DNA of 64,000 nt. Origin: Pecten maximus. Its lineage: Eukaryota. A program made the position numbers and the translations under genes. Of the stretch, positions 51,591 through 64,000 are shown one piece after another (within the stretch, counting starts at the first letter, position 1; every line of letters begins with the position of its first letter). The stretch lies in assembly GCF_902652985.1 (NCBI RefSeq), contig NC_047029.1, forward strand, positions 32,922,001-32,986,000, in the 5' to 3' direction. The notes under the pieces are model-generated. The model was not told where the DNA came from. It saw only the letters and a program-made list of their open reading frames with translations, and made no database searches.

Positions 51591-53279
51591 TAGAACAACC
51601 TATATAACACGTTATGCTGTTCTATGCTTTGATAGTTTTGATGTGTTCTTACAGTTTCCAAATTATGCAAATTATCTAATCTTTGAAAGAGGATTAAAAT
51701 ACCGTTGTTGAAGAGCAATGTACATAACAGATGCAGTATAAGGTATTCCATTCAAGAATTCACTATTCGATATCCAGGACAAGTCACGGGGCTCAAGCAT
51801 TTACCAAAGTAACTTTTTCTCGGCGTGCAGACATAAATAGTTGGACACACTATGTGAAGTAATTTTTGAAAAATAGGGAAAAAATGGGTGATAGATACCT
51901 CTCATTTTATTTCGCCACAAAACTTCCCTCAGCTGCACAATTTTACATAAACATAAAGTTAAATATTCCGCTAAATTATTAAGATTTTGAATGGTGCATA
52001 GCTCGACATATGACAATTAACATTTAGAATTATTCAGATTTATAATAAACAATCAGAACATGAATTTTGAGTAGCTCGTTTTGCGACATTCAACATCCAG
52101 AATCATTCAAAATTTAAATGTTGTGAATCTCGCCTCTTTTTGAGCATCGTAATAAGTATGAGACACATTATCTTACTCCTCTATGCCAGTAACACCAGTC
52201 GATTCACCCGCGTTGATGACTAAAAAAAATAGAACTACACAGCACAAAATGCAAATAAAATAATACTTGGAAGGGGTTTATTCGGATAGCATTGATACTG
52301 TAAAACACATCACACATACTGTTGTGCTTCCGTCAATTCGAACGACACGTGCTTGTATAACGGATATCAAGGTAGGCGCTTGTCATATTTTGAAATTTCC
52401 TTTCTTGTAACTGGCAATGTATGGCAAAATCGTACAGCTTATATCTTTTTCAAAATAATTAAATGTTGTAAAATCTTCCATTGTCTTCCTTTTGTGCTTC
52501 AGTTATTACAAAACGTAATAAATCGTACCTTTCGCCGCCGTAACTAAGTAGACATTCATTGAGTGTCGTGTAACATACGTGGGATAAATACCTCTAATGG
52601 TCTAGGACTAGGCTCTGATAACTCGACTACTCCATGTTCCTCGAACTATTGAGTTGGTTACCTTTTCAGAAAGTTTCTTAAGTTAAGAATTTTAAACATG
52701 TACGAAATTTTGTAAGTGATGGAGCTTGAAGGGAACCCGTGGTACATAACATTTCGAATTAGCGGACATTGTAGGTCACAGTGACCTTGTTTAGCACCTG
52801 GTTTATTTTGATATCAAATACTTGATGTACATTCAATTAATTAACCCTCTAACTGTATACATTGGCCGTTGTTTAATTATATTTACTATTTAAAAACTGC
52901 TCGCCTCTTCAAAAAGTAATATGTGTTTCCTCTGTCTCTCTGGCTATATAGCTATACTTAATCAGCGTCTAATGCATATGTAAGTGATAAGGTATAATAC
53001 ATTCACGTGATGTTAAAATGTTTCGTTTATAAAGTATGAACAACAATTGTATTAATTAAGATCAACAGTTGTAAAAGCATTTGATATTTATTTATAACAT
53101 CAGGTTGAACATATTCTAAATAAATAATAGCAGAAAATCCAATTGAATTTTGTTGATGACAGGTTGAGCTTCAGGATATTAACTTTTGGATGTCAGTATT
53201 TTGTGTGGGTTCCAAAAGAAATAAAAATATATTTCATCGATTTTGTTGGTATATTAAGACAGTTACGCCAAAATCATGA

Positions 53280-53497
53280 TTAAGCTGTACAAAGGGGTGT
53301 CAATATCAGGTTACACGGAGCGACGCACTGCGCAGGGTTTGCAATCAGCCGACATCTCACACATTCCGGAATGTTTTGTGGACTTGCCAAATTTTCCTGG
53401 GTACAAATCGCTGTTACCAGGTCGATAGCTCCTTTGTTTTCGTTGTTACTCTTTCCCTGTTCGACTCCCTTACGATAAAAGTAGAAGTTAATCAATC
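53280..53497 (-). CDS. Duplicate (distal) copy of the terminal coding exon of the secreted Cys-rich protein gene
   Basis: Identical to 57747-57964, including acceptor and downstream AATAAA (53087-53092). Confidence 0.65.
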
Positions 53498-53584
53498 CTG
53501 AAATGATAATATCAGTTCAAATTGGCGCAAAGTATGAAAAGTATGTGATCATATTAATCATTAACACGTTTTAAGTAAGTAACT

Positions 53585-53790
53585 GTTAACTATATCATTT
53601 GAATATGTATACTAAAGTATCTAAATGTCTTAACTATATCATATATATGTGCTTACTACATTATCTCAAGGTGTTAACTAAATTATCTAAATGTGTTAAC
53701 TATATTATTTGAAAGTGTTAACTATATTATTTCAATTGGTTAACTACATTATTTGAATATTTTACCTACATTGTTTAAATATGTTTAAAA
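53585..53790. repeat. Degenerate ~22-bp AT-rich minisatellite (GTTAACTATATTATTTGAAAGT-like); duplicate at ~58052-58257
   Basis: Several imperfect tandem units. Confidence 0.65.
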
Positions 53791-53850
53791 TGATAACTTA
53801 TTCATATCCTGTGATAAAGTGTATATTTTGCGTCCACGAACGTGATCGCT

Positions 53851-54935
53851 CGCGCATGTGGGTTAATGTTGCATTTATAATTAAAAAGAACAAAAAACGT
53901 CATGTTTTAACATAAATTCAATATTTAATGATTTCCCGGTTAGTTCTGTTTGTTTTCTTGATCGGATTTTAATGTTAGGTGTCCAACGTCTTTATCGGGA
54001 TGTTTTCGTCGTTCCTCGTGTTCTCGCGTGGTCACGTGACCGGCACGAAGGACTACATTAACACTTGGTCGGTAAATATGGCCAGAGCACCCGACCAACG
54101 TATTTTGTCGTACAAACAAATATGATACACTTATTCATCGTGCTAAGAAACCGAGAAAAAGTGCTGTACATTCTATTTATTCAAGTATGGTTACATAACG
54201 GCGTTATAAACTGGTGTTAATTGAAGAAGTGCCGATTAATTGACTACTTTTTAAGTAATTTTGACGATGTTTGTCATTTTCGTAAGAATGTACAGCACTT
54301 TTCGTTGTTCTCATACAATTACCTTCACGCTCTTACCTGTTTCATAAGTATTGATTTAGGGTAGTCGGGTGCTCTAGGACGATTCTCCAATATTGGAACT
54401 CTTCAGTGTTTTAAGTATCGAAATCGGCATATAGAAACGAACAAACGTTAATAAACGAATGCAATGGATCGTAATTAATTCAATTAATTATTTACAGATG
54501 ATTTCCAAAGACATAAGGTATAGTTAGAAGTTTTCGGCTGTACACATGCAAGTTTGTAAATTCGTCAGTGATGAAACCACCGTCCTCGTCGTTGCCATGA
54601 CAGCCGATCGAAGCTGCGATCACGAATGCACTGACAAAGTGAAAGTTGAAGTATTTTTCGCAACATGCGGTTTAAACTTAAAATTACATTCCCACCTCAT
54701 ATTGATTGGGGTTGTTTAATTATACCTGATCAATTGAATTATCAGAAAACTAACAAAAACACTAAAAAAACACAGAATGAAGCCTTCGTGTCAGGCAGTG
54801 CAGACACAACGCGGGATCTGTAAACAATATGACGTCATTGGAATGTACAAGTTGCAACCATGTACAACAATGTATATTTTACATGAATACACTAATGAGC
54901 AACAAAACGGGACGCAACATTAACCCACATGCGCG
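53851..54935. mobile_element. Fold-back type non-autonomous element with nested inverted repeats; duplicate at 58318-59402; true ends uncertain
   Basis: Perfect 22-bp inverted repeat CGCGCATGTGGGTTAATGTTGC (53851-53872 / 54914-54935); inner pairs AGAGCACCCGAC/GTCGGGTGCTCT and AAAAGTGCTGTACATTCT/AGAATGTACAGCACTTTT. Confidence 0.6.
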
Positions 54936-55896
54936 CTTTTTCACTAGCATTTTAAGAAACTTGTTCGCATTAGGTAGTTTGCGCCTTCATTGTGGCATCA
55001 TCGTTCGCTGAAAATATTACATAAAACCTATTCACAAAGGTTAATAAGATACTTTTCATAAGTAACAACAGAGTATACAATGAACAATTAACTCTGTCAT
55101 ACAGTTATTTTAGCCTATTCCACTTTTTTTTGTTTCTTTCTTGTTGTTTTTTTGTATTTTTTACGATACACATATTTTATTCACCCAACATTTCGTTCTG
55201 GTGAAAAAGGTGTGGATTTAAAGGGAAGCTACCCAACCTGTCTTAACCTACGACGTTATATGCGTCATAACTAATATTTACTGCCGCGAACGGCATCAAT
55301 ATTTACATGTTCATCATTTTCGTTCTCTTCGAACAGTGAAGTGGTGTGAACTATTCATAAGGATCAAATACAGATAATTGATACGAAATTAAAATAAGTT
55401 TCTACTAACATCTTATTTGTTTCAAATTATTCATCCGATTGTTAACGTGACGAAATAATTTTCCCTCACATGTAATGGGAAACGTAATAAAAGTTTTACA
55501 GAATATCACTTTCTGTGTGTGCTTCTATGACTTAAAATATAACTTGAACTTCTATTACATATTTGGTTTGGGTTTTGAATTTCGACAGCTATGGTCATTG
55601 ACTTGTATGTGAGGGATACATGCGTGTAGTAACTGTTTGTGTGTTTGGCGGAGACTACAGTATGTCCGTGCGTGTCTCTTTGTGATAGCAGGGAATTAAT
55701 CTCTGATTTAATTTTTGATCTCAAAATATATTATTGTTAACATAACAAGTATAATGCAAATAGGTAAAACATAGAAAATATAAGTTATGTATTGACTAAA
55801 GGGATTATACAACAGACTAAGACTATACAAGACTTTTCCTATAAGTTCCTATAGAATCGATTCCGGATTTATAGTGTTACCTGATTGAAATACACT

Positions 55897-56057
55897 GCCG
55901 AGGACATGTTGGAGACTCCATGGCTAACAGGAGGGACATTTATTAAAGGCGACAGTCTTCTTACAGACTTTAACAACAAAAGACCGTTCGATGATAACTA
56001 TGATTATATCAGACAGTATGATGTAGAAAGTGTCGCTATTGATATTACATGTAGAAC
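55897..56057 (+). pseudogene. Duplicate of the TRIM propeller relic
   Basis: Identical to 51430-51590. Confidence 0.85.
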
Positions 56058-57746
56058 TAGAACAACCTATATAACACGTTATGCTGTTCTATGCTTTGAT
56101 AGTTTTGATGTGTTCTTACAGTTTCCAAATTATGCAAATTATCTAATCTTTGAAAGAGGATTAAAATACCGTTGTTGAAGAGCAATGTACATAACAGATG
56201 CAGTATAAGGTATTCCATTCAAGAATTCACTATTCGATATCCAGGACAAGTCACGGGGCTCAAGCATTTACCAAAGTAACTTTTTCTCGGCGTGCAGACA
56301 TAAATAGTTGGACACACTATGTGAAGTAATTTTTGAAAAATAGGGAAAAAATGGGTGATAGATACCTCTCATTTTATTTCGCCACAAAACTTCCCTCAGC
56401 TGCACAATTTTACATAAACATAAAGTTAAATATTCCGCTAAATTATTAAGATTTTGAATGGTGCATAGCTCGACATATGACAATTAACATTTAGAATTAT
56501 TCAGATTTATAATAAACAATCAGAACATGAATTTTGAGTAGCTCGTTTTGCGACATTCAACATCCAGAATCATTCAAAATTTAAATGTTGTGAATCTCGC
56601 CTCTTTTTGAGCATCGTAATAAGTATGAGACACATTATCTTACTCCTCTATGCCAGTAACACCAGTCGATTCACCCGCGTTGATGACTAAAAAAAATAGA
56701 ACTACACAGCACAAAATGCAAATAAAATAATACTTGGAAGGGGTTTATTCGGATAGCATTGATACTGTAAAACACATCACACATACTGTTGTGCTTCCGT
56801 CAATTCGAACGACACGTGCTTGTATAACGGATATCAAGGTAGGCGCTTGTCATATTTTGAAATTTCCTTTCTTGTAACTGGCAATGTATGGCAAAATCGT
56901 ACAGCTTATATCTTTTTCAAAATAATTAAATGTTGTAAAATCTTCCATTGTCTTCCTTTTGTGCTTCAGTTATTACAAAACGTAATAAATCGTACCTTTC
57001 GCCGCCGTAACTAAGTAGACATTCATTGAGTGTCGTGTAACATACGTGGGATAAATACCTCTAATGGTCTAGGACTAGGCTCTGATAACTCGACTACTCC
57101 ATGTTCCTCGAACTATTGAGTTGGTTACCTTTTCAGAAAGTTTCTTAAGTTAAGAATTTTAAACATGTACGAAATTTTGTAAGTGATGGAGCTTGAAGGG
57201 AACCCGTGGTACATAACATTTCGAATTAGCGGACATTGTAGGTCACAGTGACCTTGTTTAGCACCTGGTTTATTTTGATATCAAATACTTGATGTACATT
57301 CAATTAATTAACCCTCTAACTGTATACATTGGCCGTTGTTTAATTATATTTACTATTTAAAAACTGCTCGCCTCTTCAAAAAGTAATATGTGTTTCCTCT
57401 GTCTCTCTGGCTATATAGCTATACTTAATCAGCGTCTAATGCATATGTAAGTGATAAGGTATAATACATTCACGTGATGTTAAAATGTTTCGTTTATAAA
57501 GTATGAACAACAATTGTATTAATTAAGATCAACAGTTGTAAAAGCATTTGATATTTATTTATAACATCAGGTTGAACATATTCTAAATAAATAATAGCAG
57601 AAAATCCAATTGAATTTTGTTGATGACAGGTTGAGCTTCAGGATATTAACTTTTGGATGTCAGTATTTTGTGTGGGTTCCAAAAGAAATAAAAATATATT
57701 TCATCGATTTTGTTGGTATATTAAGACAGTTACGCCAAAATCATGA

Positions 57747-57964
57747 TTAAGCTGTACAAAGGGGTGTCAATATCAGGTTACACGGAGCGACGCACTGCGC
57801 AGGGTTTGCAATCAGCCGACATCTCACACATTCCGGAATGTTTTGTGGACTTGCCAAATTTTCCTGGGTACAAATCGCTGTTACCAGGTCGATAGCTCCT
57901 TTGTTTTCGTTGTTACTCTTTCCCTGTTCGACTCCCTTACGATAAAAGTAGAAGTTAATCAATC
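57747..57964 (-). CDS. Terminal coding exon of a small secreted Cys-rich protein
   Basis: Acceptor ATTTCAG|GA, phase 1; encodes (G)LINFYFYRKGVEQGKSNNENKGAIDLVTAICTQENLASPQNIPECVRCRLIANPAQCVAPCNLILTPLCTA*; AATAAA on minus strand at 57554-57559. Confidence 0.75.
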
Positions 57965-60038
57965 CTGAAATGATAATATCAGTTCAAATTGGCGCAAAGT
58001 ATGAAAAGTATGTGATCATATTAATCATTAACACGTTTTAAGTAAGTAACTGTTAACTATATCATTTGAATATGTATACTAAAGTATCTAAATGTCTTAA
58101 CTATATCATATATATGTGCTTACTACATTATCTCAAGGTGTTAACTAAATTATCTAAATGTGTTAACTATATTATTTGAAAGTGTTAACTATATTATTTC
58201 AATTGGTTAACTACATTATTTGAATAGTTTACCTACATTGTTTAAATATGTTAAAAATGATAACTTATTCATATCCTGTGATAAAGCGTATATTTTGCGT
58301 CCACGAACATGATCGCTCGCGCATGTGGGTTAATGTTGCATTTATAATTAAAAAGAACAAAAAACGTCATGTTTTAACATAAATTCAATATTTAATGATT
58401 TCCCGGTTAGTTCTGTTTGTTTTCTTGATCGGATTTTAATGTTAGGTGTCCAACGTCTTTATCGGGATGTTTTCGTCGTTCCTCGTGTTCTCGCGTGGTC
58501 ACGTGACCGGCACGAAGGACTACATTAACACTTGGTCGGTAAATATGGCCAGAGCACCCGACCAACGTATTTTGTCGTACAAACAAATATGATACACTTA
58601 TTCATCGTGCTAAGAAACCGAGAAAAAGTGCTGTACATTCTATTTATTCAAGTATGGTTACATAACGGCGTTATAAACTGGTGTTAATTGAAGAAGTGCC
58701 GATTAATTGACTACTTTTTAAGTAATTTTGACGATGTTTGTCATTTTCGTAAGAATGTACAGCACTTTTCGTTGTTCTCATACAATTACCTTCACGCTCT
58801 TACCTGTTTCATAAGTATTGATTTAGGGTAGTCGGGTGCTCTAGGACGATTCTCCAATATTGGAACTCTTCAGTGTTTTAAGTATCGAAATCGGCATATA
58901 GAAACGAACAAACGTTAATAAACGAATGCAATGGATCGTAATTAATTCAATTAATTATTTACAGATGATTTCCAAAGACATAAGGTATAGTTAGAAGTTT
59001 TCGGCTGTACACATGCAAGTTTGTAAATTCGTCAGTGATGAAACCACCGTCCTCGTCGTTGCCATGACAGCCGATCGAAGCTGCGATCACGAATGCACTG
59101 ACAAAGTGAAAGTTGAAGTATTTTTCGCAACATGCGGTTTAAACTTAAAATTACATTCCCACCTCATATTGATTGGGGTTGTTTAATTATACCTGATCAA
59201 TTGAATTATCAGAAAACTAACAAAAACACTAAAAAAACACAGAATGAAGCCTTCGTGTCAGGCAGTGCAGACACAACGCGGGATCTGTAAACAATATGAC
59301 GTCATTGGAATGTACAAGTTGCAACCATGTACAACAATGTATATTTTACATGAATACACTAATGAGCAACAAAACGGGACGCAACATTAACCCACATGCG
59401 CGCTTTTTCACTAGCATTTTAAGAAACTTGTTCGCATTAGGTAGTTTGCGCCTTCATTGTGGCATCATCGTTCGCTGAAAATATTACATAAAACCTATTC
59501 ACAAAGGTTAATAAGATACTTTTCATAAGTAACAACAGAGTATACAATGAACAATTAACTCTGTTATACAGTTATTTTAGCCTATTCCACTTTTTTTGTT
59601 TCTTTCTTGATTTTTTTGTGTGTGTATTTTACCATACACATATTTTATTCACCCAACATTTCGTTCTGGTGAAAAAGGTGTGGATTTAAAGGGAAGCTAC
59701 CCAACCTGTCTTAACCTACGACGTTATATGCGTCATAACTAATATTTACTGCCGCGAACGGCATCAATATTTACATGTTCATCATTTTCGTTCTCTTCGA
59801 ACAGTGAAGTGGTGTGAAACTATTCATAAGGATCAAAATAAGTATATAGCTATGTGTTAAGTGTACAACATACAGGAAAACAAAAACATGTACAATAACC
59901 TAACTACAAAAACCTGTAAGATGATAAATGCATATAAGATACTCTAAGAATTATATGAAATAATATTCGCAGACACAAGCCCCTTTCATTACATTTGAAT
60001 GAGATTTAGATAGAGTAGAGCTTAAAACTAAATCAAGC

Positions 60039-60230
60039 TACATCATGCAGCTGTTCCGTCCTTCTAGGACTCGTCAGTGATGTAAGAGACATCATACAGC
60101 TGTTTCTTCCTCCTAGGACTCGTTAGTGATGTTAGAGAATTATATAGTTGCTCCGTCCTTCTAGCACTCGTCAGTGATGTAGGAGACACCATACAGCTGT
60201 TTTGTCATTCTAGGACTTGTTAATTATGTA
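60039..60230 (-). ncRNA. Tandem array (4 x ~49 bp) of degenerate minimal type I hammerhead ribozyme motifs
   Basis: Minus-strand consensus TACATCA-CTGACGA-GTCCT-AGA-AGGAC-GAAA-CAGCT-GTA-TGATGT: stem I, CUGANGA core, stem II hairpin, GAAA, palindromic stem III (ACAGCUGU) and a GUA cleavage triplet. Confidence 0.75.
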
Positions 60231-60462
60231 TATAATAACCTCATAGTACAATAAATTTAATAATTTTCAATACCTTTACTCTGAACTATTCAAATGAATA
60301 AAATCTTGAAATACAGGTTAAACTAAACACAGGAATTGAAAGATGAAAAAAAAACCTAATATATCAAAGATAATCAAAACATAAATATCATGACATTATC
60401 TAAACAAAAATAGAGGTTGTAAGATAATCTACAAGACTAAATTCATTGTATGAGGTCTTTAC

Positions 60463-60571
60463 CACATCCAAGGAGGGCGCCGTCATCGATATCTGCCACC
60501 ACTGGCCGTAGCTGGACAATGGTCAGTGCTAGTATCACGGACAGGTGATACAACAGCTGTAGACGTCGCAT
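60463..60571 (-). CDS. First coding exon (signal peptide) of the small secreted Cys-rich protein
   Basis: Acceptor TTCTTTTGGTGTTGCAG| at 60579/60578, ATG at 60571, MRRLQLLYHLSVILALTIVQLRPVVA-DIDDGALLGC, phase-1 donor G|GTAAAG at 60463/60462, which matches the phase of the terminal exon. Confidence 0.78.
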
Positions 60572-62125
60572 CACGATACTGCAACACCAAAAGAAATTAA
60601 ATACAAAACAAATAAAATAAAACAGTGCATTATTATTGTAAATCGATAGTATTGGTCCATGGTCATAAGGCAAAACACACTGTGAACTCGTTTGTGAAAT
60701 ATACTTGATACAGGGAGACCTAAACCAAAATAACCATAACTTTGTATGAATCTGCCCGTCGCCGTGGCGTCTAATGCAATAGTTTATTTGTAAATTATAG
60801 TTGGACAGCGATTCTAAAAAATTAACAACCGATGGAAACATTTAAAGGTGACATGGTGCTCTCTATTACCAAGGAGTTTCAGGTGAAGGTCAGAGGAGCA
60901 GACCCTTTTGTGATCGTCGTTACGGGTACAGAAAGAGAAGGATCAGGTAATAAGGGGGTAAATGTCTATAATATATAAGAATCTCTAAAACAAGATCAAA
61001 TTGTTCAGAACAAAGCATGCATAAAAGTAGTAACATATATAAGTAATAAAGTCTGTAACTGAACACGAGAACAATAAAATAACGTTTGACGCATGGGGAC
61101 ACTCTTCTGCGTTGAATTTCAACATCATTTTCTTCGTTCGTCGAATTTTCAATGCAAACCAATCATAAAGTTTTGATTGGATTGCAAGAGAGTTTTGTAA
61201 TGTGAGTTATTTTATTTTGTAAATAAACATAATATATTAATTCGCATGCTTTCCTGCCTAATTATTATGCAATATTTCCCTCGTTTGTGAACGAATATTC
61301 GTTTGAATCATGTACTGTTTCATAGCGTTACAAGTGTAACATATCATCACTACTACAGCGAATAGATTAAGCGTCCAAGGATATCTAACTCTGATGAGTT
61401 AACACATTGATAAGTGTCAAACCAGATACTTCCTTGGTGGTGTCACAGGATAACTGGATCTCCAACGAGGTCAAATTATGTTCGCAAAACACACACATGT
61501 ATATACCAGGTATATGGTGATGTGTATATTAGAAGTGGATTCAGGATTTTGCCAGGGGTGTGTTTACCTTTGCCTAGGCATGTACGGGTATATAAATTCT
61601 GTTTCGATAAAGGGGGACAATTTAGTTTATATCCCCACCTTCCACCCACAGGATTCGCCACTGTCGATACCCGACTACTGCCAAACCAGACACGATTTTT
61701 GCATGCATCAAAATAGTTCAATTCTTTCATTACTGAAATATATTTCTGTAAAAAATATTTAGAAAAATAATTTATATCGCAATATCCATGTAGTTAAATG
61801 TGCATTGTTTCAGTTGTTCTATAACGTAAGTACATCTATATCAGTGAGTACTACAGTTTGTATACATTTAAACGAAATGTTATCAATAAATATGAATGTC
61901 AATATGAAGGCCACTCCAATATTCAACCCGACCATCCCGTACTGTTTATGTGCTTGAGTATCTCAAAACAATGTTATTTAAACAGAAATAACATTTAATT
62001 GAACTTAAATTAGAAACCAAATGAATATGGATATGATAAGGACAGCTTAATACAATTCATGTTTACTTTCAACCCTTGGTAACCCTTTCCAAATATTACT
62101 CAAAATTTCATCTCGTTAGTGTCCC

Positions 62126-62159
62126 CAGAGACTTATATACTAATTAATATAGGTCTCTG
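62126..62159. mobile_element. Second copy of the CAGAGAC...GTCTCTG mini-palindromic element
   Basis: CAGAGACTTATATACTAATTAATATAGGTCTCTG; flanks GTGTCCC / GTCTCCC (6 of 7 match). Confidence 0.65.
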
Positions 62160-62503
62160 GTCTCCCAAACTGAATATTGAGAAAATGTATTTCTATGTTT
62201 GGTTGTGTAATAAATAGACATTAATATATATATTAAAACATATAAACTTAGAACTCTGAGGTCAAGAGGACAAAATGATCATATCTAATAACGTTGCATG
62301 CATAGACATTTATAATAATTATCACACTAAAACCAACACCTGATGCTATCTAATGAAAACACTAGCCATAAATCTACAATGTAGAATATTACTCGATATG
62401 TCCTAAAACAGCGTTTATATATGATAAACCATCGTACTGACTATAGTTTTACAGTAATTGACCGATGGCTGTAAGCTTTGACACGGGTCATCAGATAACT
62501 TAC

Positions 62504-62580
62504 CTAAGCTGGTTATCAGGATTCCAACGGCAACCACAGGTGAGGAAACGGTGCTCTCCTTAACGGAGGGAGTTCAGTGG
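62504..62580 (-). other. Probable non-coding first exon of the secreted-protein gene (start approximate)
   Basis: GC-richer patch ending in a consensus donor TAG|GTAAGT at 62504/62503, upstream of the acceptor at 60579. Confidence 0.45.
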
Positions 62581-64000
62581 ATCAGCCGTTCTAAAAGGTT
62601 TGCATATGACATACCCCCCTTTCCATGTCAGTTAACACTGGCAGATGATTTATGGCGTGAATATGTTTAAATCCTGAGATCCAACACACACGGTAATTTA
62701 TTTCCCGGGTTGAAATGCGTAATTCTTTTTTTTTAAACGGGCTACACCTACATTTGATAAATGAGTTAAATGAAAACTGACATTGTTGTTGTTCGTTAAT
62801 GTAGCAATAATGTTAATTTTTATCTAAGTATGCATAAAATATTCAGGGAAAGGATAAGATCATTTTGTTCAGTTGTTTCGCTGATACTAACATTTATTTT
62901 GATGATAACATCATTTTTGTTATGATTGAACATTTGTTTTGCTTATATCAACATTTTGCCTAAATACGAACACATGTTTTGGTAATATCAACACTTGGTT
63001 AGATGAAATAAAGTACTAAAGTCCTATTTTTTTCTGAAATAAACACTATAGTTTTGCCGAAATATACACGTATATAAATACTTGTGTTGTGATATAACAC
63101 CTGTGTTCTAAGCATTCGGTGTTGTTCCTATTGTCTGTGATGCCCATGTTTAACTGATAGCAACACGTTTCAACACGTGCTTTGAACTATTGACCAACAT
63201 CAGCACCAACACCGATGCAAGCCTAAGTAAGATTTGTAAATAGTTTCATTGATTTCATTAAATACTGTAAATGTATAATTATATTTTAGGGGTAGTATTA
63301 TTTTAGCGCTGTGTTGAGAGCTTTCCCTACTGATTAAAACTTGAGTGGACTGAAATAGGTAGATATGCTGTAACAACTCCCATTTATTGAAAGATTTGAT
63401 GGAGTTTATATTTGAATCGTTTTCATGGATTAATTTTTTATCACTAAAAGATATAAAACGACTTACGAAATATAAATCTAGTAAAGGAATGACATTATGT
63501 GCCCGCCATGAAATAGACGAGAATAAAATATCCAAGCGTGATGTATTGTTCTGGAATGGTTACGTTTGTTTAAGGAAAACAAACGGTATAAAAGCAGTCC
63601 ATAACTTTATGCTGGATTCCCCTCTTTTATTTTTTATAAAAAAAAAACCTTTTTTATTCAGATAAAACATATTTCCAACATTACAAGCATTGTTCTCTCG
63701 CAGAAGTTCTTTCGCCATTCATCTATCTCCACATTCATTTCACTTTCATGCATCATAGTTTTATATTCCGTATATAACATTGATATTATTATTGTTTTCA
63801 TCATATTCAACTACGATGGTATTTATTTCAATTTTCGTCACTCTCATTCGTTTTCTTTCATCTGAAAGAATGAATTTGAATTAAAGAGAAAGAAAACGGT
63901 ATGCTAGTTCATAATAAACAGAAAAACAATGAAAACATGACAATGCATTTTTCTTCGCTGCACTGATCGAGTCAGCAGTACAGTACGACATTGTAATTAT

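Larger units (their letters stand above)
50916..55368 (+). repeat. Copy A of a 4467-bp-period tandem duplication
   Basis: Identical ORF sets offset by exactly 4467; 14-nt junction filler at 55369-55382. Confidence 0.97.
55383..59837 (+). repeat. Copy B of the 4467-bp-period tandem duplication
   Basis: The differences from copy A that I saw are few and lie in the distal part (e.g. ~58227-58310 and ~59565-59635). Confidence 0.97.

Noticed and set aside
61391-61425. CTGATGAG hammerhead-like core
   Set aside because: No stem II closed by GAAA and no cleavage-site arm.
63200-63665. Overlapping 111-aa and 92-aa ORFs
   Set aside because: Non-ATG starts, AT-rich composition, no motif or splice support.

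Overview
This is AT-rich, repeat-dense animal DNA, most likely from a bivalve mollusc (judged from the SINE types and the expanded TRIM family). The ORF track is mostly noise here because the real genes are spliced or decayed. Left to right: (1) 1-11.6 kb, intron-like DNA with SINEs, MITEs, Penelope-like and LINE relics and a possible minus-strand first exon; (2) 11.6-16.9 kb, a decayed, internally deleted Polinton/Maverick (integrase with chromodomain, packaging ATPase, major capsid C-half, adenain-type protease); (3) 16.5-51.3 kb, a tandem array of four single-coding-exon TRIM genes (RING, two B-boxes, coiled coil, Ser-rich linker, NHL-like beta-propeller). Only copy 4 (48631-50694) is intact; all four carry a conserved IRF/ISRE-like motif in intron 1. 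Copy 3 has a full-length Gypsy element (27827-35698) upstream and a full-length CR1-type LINE (36752-43378) in its intron; (4) 50.9-59.8 kb, a near-identical 4467-bp tandem duplication; (5) 53-62.6 kb, a spliced minus-strand gene not visible in the ORF track, encoding a 108-aa signal-peptide-bearing Cys-rich protein. Its last exon is duplicated, and its intron holds four tandem, decayed minimal hammerhead-ribozyme motifs in the sense orientation. No CRISPR array, rRNA or bona fide tRNA gene was seen.
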